This document shows positions 50,316 to 62,149 of a DNA stretch of 64,000 nucleotides, piece by piece. The translations under genes and the position numbers were made by a program. The stretch covers positions 310,001 to 374,000 of the forward strand of contig JAUFOQ010000010.1 of NCBI GenBank assembly GCA_040285855.1, in the 5' to 3' direction. A model generated the notes under the pieces. That model had not been told where the DNA came from and made no database searches. It was given only the letters and a program-made list of their open reading frames with translations. Origin of the DNA: Eukaryota sp. GEM-RC1. Lineage: Eukaryota. The number at the start of each line of letters is the position of its first letter. Position 1 is the first letter of the stretch.

Positions 50316-51205
50316 ACATGTTTTTCTTGGATATAAAGATCACATTTTTCAATCACAAATAATTTCTTGTCAGAAACACCATTATTAAACGATGTATGTA
50401 TAAAACACTTCAAAAATGATTTAGCTCAGAACAATCATTGTCCCGAACAAAACTCAGAAGTGACTCACCACAGATAATCAAATATCATGGCTGTTTAGCA
50501 GATGTTGAGATACATATTTTAACTACTACTCTGGTGAGTAACACACATCATATTTACTCAGCTGGTGCTTTTGCGATTGTTCCCAATAACACCAGACATT
50601 TATTAGTATCTGAAATAGTGTTTATACTATATACTTACCAATATTTGGAATTGCCAACATTCAATCTCATTATTAACACGACTATATTATCCTTTGAGAA
50701 GCTTCACTGTCAATATATGATGCTTGGATTATTCTCAGTGATGATTCATATACGTGTTTTTGCATTTTTTCAGTAAATCTGACAGTGATAGACAAAGAAT
50801 TACCAAAACTGTTTCATTGAATATTGCAGTCAATAGCAAGAACACAAATGGCGGCGTTGAATTTACGAAGACTCAGTGAAACTATTTTGCTTTCTGCAGT
50901 TTTTACATAGGCAAGTATAAGCTATTGAAATTAAAGAGTATGAATTTGTAATCTTTGTTAACTAATTGTTGAGAATTTATTCGCAAATTACAGATATTTT
51001 ACCAGAAGAAAGAGTGTATGTATAGACTTTTTTAATACTGGTTAAAAGTAATATTATGATTTTGTCTTTGTATCAACACACAAAACCGGTTTTTGTACAT
51101 CTTAACTTATGTAGCATATACTAGGTGACACAGCAGTGGATATGTATTCTGTAGACTATCTGAAAAGCACAAAACGTAATTGATAAGGCTTGAAGAAACA
51201 CGCGG

Positions 51206-52614
51206 AGTCGTCTTTAAGCCAAAGATCAGCGAAAAATTCACTACCACCACTTCAACCCTTCTCAACAACCAATCTAATATCATCTCCTCTTTAAATGAAG
51301 AACTGTTCTCCATCCACTCCGATGCTTCTCGTCGTTTGACCTCTCTTTCCGTTGATTCTTGCTTCTGCTAGGCTTCTAGAAGACCCTCCTTTACCAATCA
51401 AGTGCATTGAAAGTGTCTGCCCTGTACAACAAGTTGAAGAGAAGAAACTTGTTATTGATTGGAGCAAGCTTAGCTCTAAGTTGAAGAGTTGTTATGATCA
51501 AATGGTGAGAAATGAGGTTTCTACGATCAATCTAGACAGCAACTCAATTGGTAATGAAGGCGCTATTGCAATTGCTGAAGCTTTGAAGGTGAATTCTTCA
51601 CTTTCTACGATCAATCTAAATAACAACTCAATTGGTACTGAAGGCGCTATTGCAATTGCTGAAGCTTTGAAGGTGAATTCTTCACTTTCTACGATCTATC
51701 TAGATAACAACTCAATTGGTACTGAAGGCGCTTTTGCAATTGCTGAAGCTTTGAAGGTGAATTCTTCACTTTCTAGAATCGATCTACGTAACAACTCAAT
51801 TGGTACTGAAGGCGCTATTGCAATTGCTGAAGCTTTGAAGGTGAATTCTTCACTTTCTACGATCAATCTAAATAACAACTCAATTGGTAATGAAGGCGCT
51901 ATTGCAATTGCTCAAGCTTTGAAGGTGAATTCTTCACTTTCTACGATCAATCTAAATAACAACTCAATTGGTACTGAAGGCGCTATTGCAATTGCTGAAG
52001 CTTTGAAGGTGAATTCTTCACTTTCTACGATCTATCTAGATAACAACTCAATTGGTACTGAAGGCGCTATTGCAATTGCTGAAGCTTTGAAGGTGAATTC
52101 TTCACTTTCTAGAATCGATCTACGTAACAACTCAATTGGTACTGAAGGCGCTATTGCAATTGCTGAAGCTTTGAAGGTGAATTCTTCACTTTCTACGATC
52201 AATCTAAATAACAACTCAATTGGTAATGAAGGCGCTATTGCAATTGCTGAAGCTTTGAAGGTGAATTCTTCACTTTCTAGAATCGATCTACGTAACAACT
52301 CAATTGGTAATGAAGGCGCTATTGCAATTGCTGAAGCTTTGAAGGTGAATTCTTCACTTTCTACGATCTATCTATATAACAACTCAATTGGTACTGAAGG
52401 CGCTATTGCAATTGCTGAAGCTTTGAAGGTGAATTCTTCACTTTCTACGATCAATCTAAATAACAACTCAATTGGTAATGAAGGCGCTATTGCAATTGCT
52501 GAAGCTTTGAAGGTGAATTCTTCACTTTCTACGATCAATCTAAATAACAACTCAATCAACAGTCAAACACAACAGTCGTTAAAATCTCTACACCAGAACA
52601 GAGTGTATTTTTAG
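51206..52614 (+). pseudogene. LRR cassette unit 5 (12 full modules + cap); 11-bp deletion in the linker
   Basis: GATTC|TTGCTTC at ~51358 versus GATTCGGAGTCTAGTGTTGCTTC; first in-frame ATG 51502. Confidence 0.8.
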
Positions 52615-53507
52615 ACATGTTTTTCTTGGATATAAAGATCACATTTTTCAATCACAAATAATTTCTTGTCAGAAACACCATTATTAAACGATGTATGTAT
52701 AAAACACTTCAAAAATGATTTAGCTCAGAACAATCATTGTCCCGAACAAAACTCAGAAGTGACTCACCACAGATAATCAAATATCATGGCTGTTTAGCAG
52801 ATGTTGATATACATATTTTAACTACTACTCTGGTGAGTAACACACATCATATTTACTCAGCTGGTGCTTTTGCGATTGTTCCCAATAACACCAGACATTT
52901 ATTAGTATCTGAAATAGTGTTTATACTATATACTTACCAATATTTGGAATTGCCAACATTCAATCTCATTATTAACACGACTATATTATCCTTTGAGAAG
53001 CTTCACTGTCAATATATGATGCTTGGATTATTCTCAGTGATGATTCATATACGTGTTTTTTGCATTTTGTCAGTAAATCTGACAGTGATAGACAAAGAAT
53101 TACCAAAACTGTTTTATTGAATATTGCAGTCAATAGCAAAAACACAAATGACGGCGTTAAATTTACGAAGACTCAGTGAAACTATTCTGCTTTTTGCAGT
53201 TTTTACATAGGCAAGTATAAGCTATGGAAATTAAAGAGTATGAATTTGTAATCTTTGTTAACTGATTGTTGAGAATTTATTCGCAAATTACAGATATTTT
53301 ACCAGAAGAAAGAGTGTATATATAGACTTTTTTAATACTGGTTAGAAGTAATATTATTATTTTGTCTTTGTGTCAAGACACAAAACCGGTTTTTGTACAT
53401 CTTAACTTATGTAACATATACTAGGTGACACAGCAGTGGATATGTATTCTGTAGACTATCTGAAAAACACAAAACGTAATTGATAAGGCTTTGAAGAAAC
53501 ACGCGGA

Positions 53508-54590
53508 GTCGTCTTTAAGCCAAAGATCAGCGAAAAATTCACTACCACCACTTCAACCCTTCTCAACAACCAATCTAATATCATCTCCTCTTTAAATGAA
53601 GAACTGTTCTCCATCCACTCCGATGCTTCTCGTCGTTTGACCTCTCTTTCCGTTGATTCGGAGTCTAGTGTTGCTTCTGCTAGGCTTCTAGAAGACCCTC
53701 CTTTACCAATCAAGTGCATTGAAAGTGTCTGCCCTGTACAACAAGTTGAAGAGAAGAAACTTGTTATTGATTGGAGCAAGCTTAGCTCTAAGTTGAAGAG
53801 TTGTTATGATCAAATGGTGAGAAATGAGGTTTCTACGATCTATCTCAATAACAACTCAATTGGTAATGAAGGCGCTATTGCAATTGCTGAAGCTTTGAAG
53901 GTGAATTCTTCTCTTTCTACGATCGGTCTATCTAACAACTCAATTGGTAATGAAGGCGCTATTGCAATTGCTGAAGCTTTGAAGGTGAATTCTTCTCTTT
54001 CTACGATCTATCTAGATAACAACTCAATTGGTACTGAAGGCGCTATTGCAATTGCCGAAGCTTTGAAGGTGAATTCTTCTCTTTCTACGATCTATCTAGA
54101 TAACAACTCAATTGGTACTGAAGGCGCTATTGCAATTGCCGAAGCTTTGAAGGTGAATTCTTCACTTTCTACGATCGGTCTATCTAACAACTCAATTGGT
54201 AATGAAGGCGCTATTGCAATTGCTGAAGCTTTGAAGGTGAATTCTTCTCTTTCTACGATCGGTCTATCTAACAACTCAATTGGTACTGAAGGCGCTATTG
54301 CAATTGCTGAAGCTTTGAAGGTGAATTCTTCTCTTTCTACGATCCGTCTATCTGACAACTCAATTGGTAATGAAGGCGCTATTGCAATTGCCGAAGCTTT
54401 GAAGGTGAATTCTTCACTTTCTACGATCTATCTAGATAACAACTCAATTGGTACTGAAGGCGCTATTGCAATTGCTGAAGCTTTGAAGGTGAATTCTTCA
54501 CTTTCTACGATCTATCTATATAACAACTCAATCAAGAGTCAAACACAACAGTCGTTAAAATCTCTACACCAGAACAGAATGTATTTTTAG
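53508..54590 (+). pseudogene. LRR cassette unit 6 (8 full modules + cap)
   Basis: Same linker; first in-frame ATG 53814; carries IGLSN and IRLSD module variants. Confidence 0.8.
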
Positions 54591-55072
54591 ACATGTTTTT
54601 CTTGGATATAAAGATCACATTTTTCAATCACAAATAATTTCTTGTCAGAAACACCATTATTAAACGATGTATGTATAAAACACTTCAAAAATGATTTAGC
54701 TCAGAACAATCATTATCCCGAACAAAACTCAGAAGTGACTCACCACAAATAATCAAATATCATGGATGTTTAGCAGATGTTGAGATACAGATTTTAACTA
54801 CTACTCTGGTGAATAACACACGTCATATTTACTCAGCTGGTGCTTTTGCGATTGTTCTCAACAACACCAGACATTTATTAGCATCTGAAATAGTGTTTAT
54901 ACTATATACTTACCAATATTTGGAATTGCCAACATTCAATCTCATTATTAACACGACTATATTATCCTTTGAGAAGCTTCACTGTCAATATATGATGCTT
55001 GGATTATTCTCAGTGATGATTCATATACGTGTTTTTGCATTTTTTCAGTAAATCTGACAGTGATAGACAAAG

Positions 55073-55171
55073 CTGTTGTAAGGTTTGATAGCGACGGGTG
55101 TTGTTTTAATGATATCAAATTCTAGTTGTTTGATCTATTACATTTATAATAAAACTATTAATTAAAAAAAA
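55073..55171 (+). mobile_element. 99-bp 5'-truncated family C non-LTR insertion with A8 tail and 17-bp TSD
   Basis: Matches the reverse complement of ~22660-22750; TSD GACAGTGATAGACAAAG at 55056-55072 and 55172-55188; absent from six other spacers. Confidence 0.92.
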
Positions 55172-55592
55172 GACAGTGATAGACAAAGAATTACCAAAAT
55201 TGTTTTATTGAATATTGCAGTCAGAAGCAAAAACACAAATGGCGCCGTTAAATTTACGAAGACTCAGTGAAACTATTTTTCTTTTTGCAGTTTTTACATA
55301 GGCAAGTATAAGCTATAGAAATTAAAGAGTATGAATTTGTAATCTTTGTTAACTAATTGTTGAGAATTTATTCGCAAATTGCAGATATTTTTCCAGAAAA
55401 AAGAGTGTATAGACCTTTTAATACTGGTTAGAAGTAATATTATCATTTTGTCTTTGTGTCGACACACAAAACCGGTTTTTGTACATCTTAACTTATGTAA
55501 CATATACTAGATGACACAGCATTGGATATGTATTCTGTAGACTGTCTGAAAAACACAAAACGTAATTGATAAGGCTTGAAGAAACACGCAGA

Positions 55593-56921
55593 GTCATCTT
55601 TAAGCCAAAGATCAGTGAAGACTTCACCACTTCAACCCTTCTCAACAACCAATCTAATATCATCTCCTCTTTAAATGAAGAACTGTTCTCCATCCACTCC
55701 GATGCTTCTCGTCGTTTGACCTCTCTTTCCGTTGATTCGGAGTCTAGTGTTGCTTCTGCTAGGCTTCTAGAAGACCCTCCTTTACCAATCAAGTGCATTG
55801 AAAGTGTCTGCCCTGTACAACAAGTTGAAGAGAAGAAACTTGTTATTGATTGGAGCAAGCTTAGCTCTAAGTTGAAGAGTTGTTATGATCAAATGGTGAG
55901 AAATGAGGTTTCTACGATCAATCTAGACAGCAACTCAATTGGTAATGAAGGCGCTATTGCAATTGCTGAAGCTTTGAAGGTGAATTCTTCACTTTCTACG
56001 ATCAATCTAAATAACAACTCAATTGGTACTGAAGGCGCTATTGCAATTGCTGAAGCTTTGAAGGTGAATTCTTCACTTTCTACGATCTATCTAGATAACA
56101 ACTCAATTGGTACTGAAGGCGCTATTGCAATTGCTGAAGCTTTGAAGGTGAATTCTTCACTTTCTACGATCAATCTAAATAACAACTCAATTGGTAATGA
56201 AGGCGCTATTGCAATTGCTGAAGCTTTGAAGGTGAATTCTTCACTTTCTACGATCAATCTATATAACAACTCAATTGGTAATGAAGGCGCTATTGCAATT
56301 GCTGAAGCTTTGAAGGTGAATTCTTCACTTTCTACGATCGATCTACGTAACAACTCAATTGGTACTGAAGGCGCTATTGCAATTGCTGAAGCTTTGAAGG
56401 TGAATTCTTCACTTTCTACGATCAATCTAAATAACAACTCAATTGGTAATGAAGGCGCTATTGCAATTGCTGAAGCTTTGAAGGTGAATTCTTCACTTTC
56501 TACGATCAATCTAAATAACAACTCAATTGGTCCTGAAGGAGCTATTGCAATTGCTGAAGCTTTGAAGGTGAATTCTTCACTTTCTACGATCAATCTATAT
56601 AACAACTCAATTGGTAATGAAGGCGCTATTGCAATTGCTGAAGCTTTGAAGGTGAATTCTTCACTTTCTACGATCAATCTAAATAACAACTCAATTGGTA
56701 ATGAAGGCGCTATTGCAATTGCTGAAGCTTTGAAGGTGAATTCTTCACTTTCTACGATCAATCTAAATAACAACTCAATTGGTCCTGAAGGAGCTATTGC
56801 AATTGCTGAAGCTTTGAAGGTGAATTCTTCACTTTCTACGATCTATCTATATAACAACTCAATCAAGAGTCAAACACAACAGTCGTTAAAATCTCTACAC
56901 CAGAACAGAATGTATTTTTAG
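55593..56921 (+). pseudogene. LRR cassette unit 7 (11 full modules + cap)
   Basis: Same linker with an in-frame 6-bp deletion; first in-frame ATG 55893; carries GPEG module variants. Confidence 0.8.
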
Positions 56922-57403
56922 ACATGTTTTTCTTGGATATAAAGATCACATTTTTCAATCACAAATAATTTCTTGTCAGAAACACCATTATTAAACGATG
57001 TATGTATAAAACACTTCAAAAATGATTTAGCTCAGAACAATCATTATCCCGAACAAAACTCAGAAGTGACTCACCACAAATAATCAAATATCATGGATGT
57101 TTAGCAGATGTTGAGATACAGATTTTAACTACTACTCTGGTGAATAACACACGTCATATTTACTCAGCTGGTGCTTTTGCGATTGTTCTCAACAACACCA
57201 GACATTTATTAGCATCTGAAATAGTGTTTATACTATATACTTACCAATATTTGGAATTGCCAACATTCAATCTCATTATTAACACGACTATATTATCCTT
57301 TGAGAAGCTTCACTGTCAATATATGATGCTTGGATTATTCTCAGTGATGATTCATATACGTGTTTTTGCATTTTTTCAGTAAATCTGACAGTGATAGACA
57401 AAG

Positions 57404-57502
57404 CTGTTGTAAGGTTTGATAGCGACGGGTGTTGTTTTAATGATATCAAATTCTAGTTGTTTGATCTATTACATTTATAATAAAACTATTAATTAAAAAA
57501 AA
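57404..57502 (+). mobile_element. Duplicate of the 99-bp family C insertion
   Basis: Same sequence and same TSD (57387-57403, 57503-57519) as 55073-55171. Confidence 0.92.
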
Positions 57503-57922
57503 GACAGTGATAGACAAAGAATTACCAAAATTGTTTTATTGAATATTGCAGTCAGAAGCAAAAACACAAATGGCGCCGTTAAATTTACGAAGACTCAGTG
57601 AAACTATTTTTCTTTTTGCAGTTTTTACATAGGCAAGTATAAGCTATAGAAATTAAAGAGTATGAATTTGTAATCTTTGTTAACTAATTGTTGAGAATTT
57701 ATTCGCAAATTGCAGATATTTTTCCAGAAAAAGAGTGTATAGACCTTTTAATACTGGTTAGAAGTAATATTATCATTTTGTCTTTGTGTCGACACACAAA
57801 ACCGGTTTTTGTACATCTTAACTTATGTAACATATACTAGATGACACAGCATTGGATATGTATTCTGTAGACTGTCTGAAAAACACAAAACGTAATTGAT
57901 AAGGCTTGAAGAAACACGCAGA

Positions 57923-58578
57923 GTCATCTTTAAGCCAAAGATCAGTGAAGACTTCACCACTTCAACCTTTCTCAACAACCAATCTAATATCATCTCCTCT
58001 TTAAATGAAGAACTGTTCTCCATCCACCCGATGCTTCTCGTCGTTTGACCTCTCTTTCCGTTGATTCGGAGTCTAGTGTTGCTTCTGCTAGGCTTCTAGA
58101 AGACCCTCCTTTACCAATCAAGTGCATTGAAAGTGTCTGCCCTGTACAACAAGTTGAAGAGAAGAAACTTGTTATTGATTGGAGCAAGCTTAGCTCTAAG
58201 TTGAAGAGTTGTTATGATCAAATGGTGAGAAATGAGGTTTCTACGATCAATCTAGACAGCAACTCAATTGGTAATGAAGGCGCTATTGCAATTGCTGAAG
58301 CTTTGAAGGTGAATTCTTCACTTTCTACGATCAATCTATATAACAACTCAATTGGTACTGAAGGCGCTATTGCAATTGCTGAAGCTTTGAAGGTGAATTC
58401 TTCACTTTCTACGATCGATCTACGTAACAACTCAATTGGTACTGAAGGCGCTATTGCAATTGCTGAAGCTTTGAAGGTGAATTCTTCACTTTCTACGATC
58501 TCTCTATATAACAACTCAATCAAGAGTCAAACACAACAGTCGTTAAAATCTCTACACCAGAACAGAATGTATTTTTAG
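57923..58578 (+). pseudogene. LRR cassette unit 8 (3 full modules + cap); 1-bp deletion in the linker
   Basis: CATCCACCCGATG at ~58021 versus CATCCACTCCGATG; first in-frame ATG 58222. Confidence 0.8.
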
Positions 58579-59469
58579 ACATGTTTTTCTTGGATATAAA
58601 GATCACATTTTTCAATCACAAATAATTTCTTATCAGAAACACCATTATTAAACGATGTATGTATAAAACACTTCAAAAATGATTTAGCTCAGAACAATCA
58701 TTGTCCCGAACAAAACTCAGAAGTGACTCACCACAGATAATCAAATATCATGGCTGTTTAGCAGATGTTGATATACATATTTTAACTACTACTCTGGTGA
58801 GTAACACACATCATATTTACTCAGCTGGTGCTTTTGCGATTGTTCCCAATAACACCAGACATTTATTAGTATCTGAAATAGTGTTTATACTATATACTTA
58901 CCAATATTTGGAATTGCCAACATTCAATCTCATTATTAACACGACTATATTATCCTTTGAGAAGCTTCACTGTCAATATATGATGCTTGGATTATTCTCA
59001 GTGATGATTCATATACGTGTTTTTGCATTTTTTCTGTAAATCTGACAGTGATAGACAAAGAATTACCAAAACTGTTTCATTGAATATTGCAGTCAATAGC
59101 AAGAACACAAATGGCGGCGTTGAATTTACGAAGACTCAGTGAAACTATTTTGCTTTCTGCAGTTTTTACATAGGCAAGTAAAAGCTATTGAAATTAAAGA
59201 GTATGAATTTGTAATCTTTGTTAACTGATTGTTGAGAATTTATTCGCAAATTACAGATATTTTACCAGAAGAAAGAGTGTATATATAGACTTTTTAATAC
59301 TGGTTAGAAGTAATATTATTATTTTGTCTTTGTGTCAAGACACAAAACCGGTTTTTGTACATCTTAACTTATGTAACATATACTAGGTGACACAGCAGTG
59401 GATATGTATTCTGTAGACTATCTGAAAAACACAAAACGTAATTGATAAGGCTTTGAAGAAACACGCGGA

Positions 59470-61224
59470 GTCGTCTTTAAGCCAAAGATCAGCGAAAAAT
59501 TCACTACCACCACTTCAACCCTTCTCAACAACTAATCTAATATCATCTCCTCTTTAAATGAAGAACTGTTCTCCATCCACTCCGATGCTTCTCGTCGTTT
59601 GACCTCTCTTTCCGTTGATTCGGAGTCTAGTGTTGCTTCTGCTAGGCTTCTAGAAGACCCTCCTTTACCAATCAAGTGCATTGAAAGTGTCTGCCCTGTA
59701 CAACAAGTTGAAGAGAAGAAACTTGTTATTGATTGGAGCAAGCTTAGCTCTAAGTTGAAGAGTTGTTATGATCAAATGGTGAGAAATGAGGTTTCTACGA
59801 TCAATCTAGACAGCAACTCAATTGGTAATGAAGGCGCTATTGCAATTGCTGAAGCTTTGAAGGTGAATTCTTCACTTTCTACGATCAATCTATATAACAA
59901 CTCAATTGGTAATGAAGGCGCTATTGCAATTGCTGAAGCTTTGAAGGTGAATTCTTCTCTTTCTACGATCTATCTAGATAACAACTCAATTGGTACTGAA
60001 GGCGCTATTGCAATTGCTGAAGCTTTGAAGGTGAATTCTTCTCTTTCTACGATCTATCTAGATAACAACTCAATTGGTACTGAAGGCGCTATTGCAATTG
60101 CCGAAGCTTTGAAGGTGAATTCTTCACTTTCTACGATCGGTCTATCTAACAACTCAATTGGTAATGAAGGCGCTATTGCAATTGCTGAAGCTTTGAAGGT
60201 GAATTCTTCTCTTTCTACGATCTATCTAGATAACAACTCAATTGGTACTGAAGGCGCTATTGCAATTGCTGAAGCTTTGAAGGTGAATTCTTCACTTTCT
60301 ACGATCAATCTAAATAACAACTCAATTGGTAATGAAGGCGCTATTGCAATTGCTGAAGCTTTGAAGGTGAATTCTTCACTTTCTACGATCAATCTATATA
60401 ACAACTCAATTGGTAATGAAGGCGCTATTGCAATTGCTGAAGCTTTGAAGGTGAATTCTTCACTTTCTAGAATCGATCTACGTAAAAACTCAATTGGTAA
60501 TGAAGGCGCTATTGCAATTGCTGAAGCTTTGAAGGTGAATTCTTCACTTTCTACGATCAATCTAAATAACAACTCAATTGGTAATGAAGGCGCTATTGCA
60601 ATTGCTGAAGCTTTGAAGGTGAATTCTTCACTTTCTACGATCAATCTAAATAACAACTCAATTGGTACTGAAGGCGCTATTGCAATTGCTGAAGCTTTGA
60701 AGGTGAATTCTTCACTTTCTACGATCTATCTAGATAACAACTCAATTGGTACTGAAGGCGCTATTGCAATTGCTGAAGCTTTGAAGGTGAATTCTTCACT
60801 TTCTACGATCAATCTAAATAACAACTCAATTGGTAATGAAGGCGCTATTGCAATTGCTGAAGCTTTGAAGGTGAATTCTTCACTTTCTACGATCAATCTA
60901 TATAACAACTCAATTGGTAATGAAGGCGCTATTGCAATTGCTGAAGCTTTGAAGGTGAATTCTTCACTTTCTAGAATCGATCTACGTAAAAACTCAATTG
61001 GTAATGAAGGCGCTATTGCAATTGCTGAAGCTTTGAAGGTGAATTCTTCACTTTCTACGATCAATCTAAATAACAACTCAATTGGTAATGAAGGCGCTAT
61101 TGCAATTGCTGAAGCTTTGAAGGTGAATTCGTCTGTTTCTAAGATTGATCTAGATAACAACTCAATCAACAGTCAAACACAACAGTCATTAAAATCACTG
61201 CACAAGAATAGAATTCGTTTTTAA
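59470..61224 (+). pseudogene. LRR cassette unit 9 (16 full modules + divergent cap); in-frame TAA in the linker
   Basis: CAA>TAA at 59533-59535; first in-frame ATG 59776; cap SVSKIDLDNN...HKNRIRF differs from other units. Confidence 0.8.
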
Positions 61225-61789
61225 AGATATTTTCCTCAGATATAAAGATCACCCCATTATAAGTCACACATGAACAAATACCAAAGCGGTTTAAAAGTTG
61301 TTCATACACATATTGATTTTCAGTTTTACCTGGTCATCAAGACACGTCATATCGAAAAGTTCATTTGCTATTGATTTCAACAACACCACGTATTAATTGG
61401 TATCTGGAAATGATGTAACATTATACTATATGTATTAAATATTTCGAATCGCCGACACATTGTCTCGTTATTAACACGGTTGTATTTTTTCTCAAAAAAC
61501 AGCTTAATTGTCCTTGAGTTGAGTGATGCTTTGATTATTCTCAGTGATATATCAGATGTACAGTATCCTTTTGTATGTGTTCCATAGCTATTTTAGTCAT
61601 GGTCATTTGTTGAATAATGGTCAAAATTAGGTTGTTCGTTAGATTCTTTTTTAGTGATCTGTTATTTAATTGGAAATCTTGTCGCGCAATTGTCTCAACA
61701 TACAAAGTAGGTCTTTGCTTATCATAAATTGAGTGTATTATCTAACGTTATCTAAGCTTCTCTTTAATAGATATGTGTTCTATAAACCG

Positions 61790-62035
61790 GCTAGAATTTC
61801 TGATTTCTATCTACATAAAAACTCAATTGGTTCTGAAGCTGCTATTGCATTTGGTGAAGTTTTGAAGGTGAATTCGACTGTTTCTCATATTTATCTATTT
61901 AACAACTCAATTGGTCCCGAAGGCGCTACTGCAATTGCTGAAGCTTTAAAGGTGAATTCGTCTGTTTCTCGTGTCTATCTATATAACAACTCAATTAACA
62001 GTCAAACACAATCAACCGAAGGGACGTGTGTGTAA
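61790..62035 (+). pseudogene. Diverged orphan LRR cassette (about 2 modules + partial cap) of the same 28-aa type
   Basis: FYLHKNSIGSEAAIAFGEVLKVNST, IYLFNNSIGPEGATAIAEALKVNSS, VYLYNNSINSQTQ; followed by a diverged spacer fragment. Confidence 0.7.
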
Positions 62036-62149
62036 TCAACGGTCATGATTATCAACACGACTGCATTTTTTCTCAAGAAATAGCTTCATTGTCCTTGAGT
62101 TGAGTGATGCTTTGGTTATTCTCAGTGATATATTCTATGTTCAGTATGC

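Larger units (their letters stand above)
44590..61224 (+). repeat. Tandem array of 9 units (linker + variable 84-bp LRR minisatellite + ~0.9-1.0 kb spacer)
   Basis: Near-identical linker, cap and spacer recur; unit length varies mainly by multiples of 84 bp. Confidence 0.97.

Noticed and set aside
45459..59039. Repeated 80-127 aa spacer ORFs (MSRTKLRSDSPQ...)
   Set aside because: Non-ATG starts, frame changes between copies (e.g. the CAATATATG indel), no recognisable motif; repeated only because the spacer is repeated.
44910..61160. DGR-style adenine mutagenesis: the hypervariable codons (AAT, TAT, GAT, GGT, AGT, CGT, TCT, ACT, CCT) look like AAT mutated at its two adenines
   Set aside because: Synonymous adenines in the module (TCA of NS, GCA, GAA, most CTA) are essentially invariant, non-A changes occur (ACG>AGA/ATG, GAT/GAC, GCT>GCC, AAC>AAA), no template repeat or DGR-type RT is visible, and third-position T fits the genome's AT bias.
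44910..61160. CRISPR-like array (constant repeat with short variable segment)
   Set aside because: The 84-bp units are in-frame coding LRR modules; variable parts are only a few codons and recur; no cas genes; eukaryotic context.
44478..61169. Minus-strand ORFs such as IVESEEFTFKASAIAIAPS and MLQSITSFFSS
   Set aside because: Antisense shadows of the LRR and linker coding frame; they break wherever the sense codon varies.
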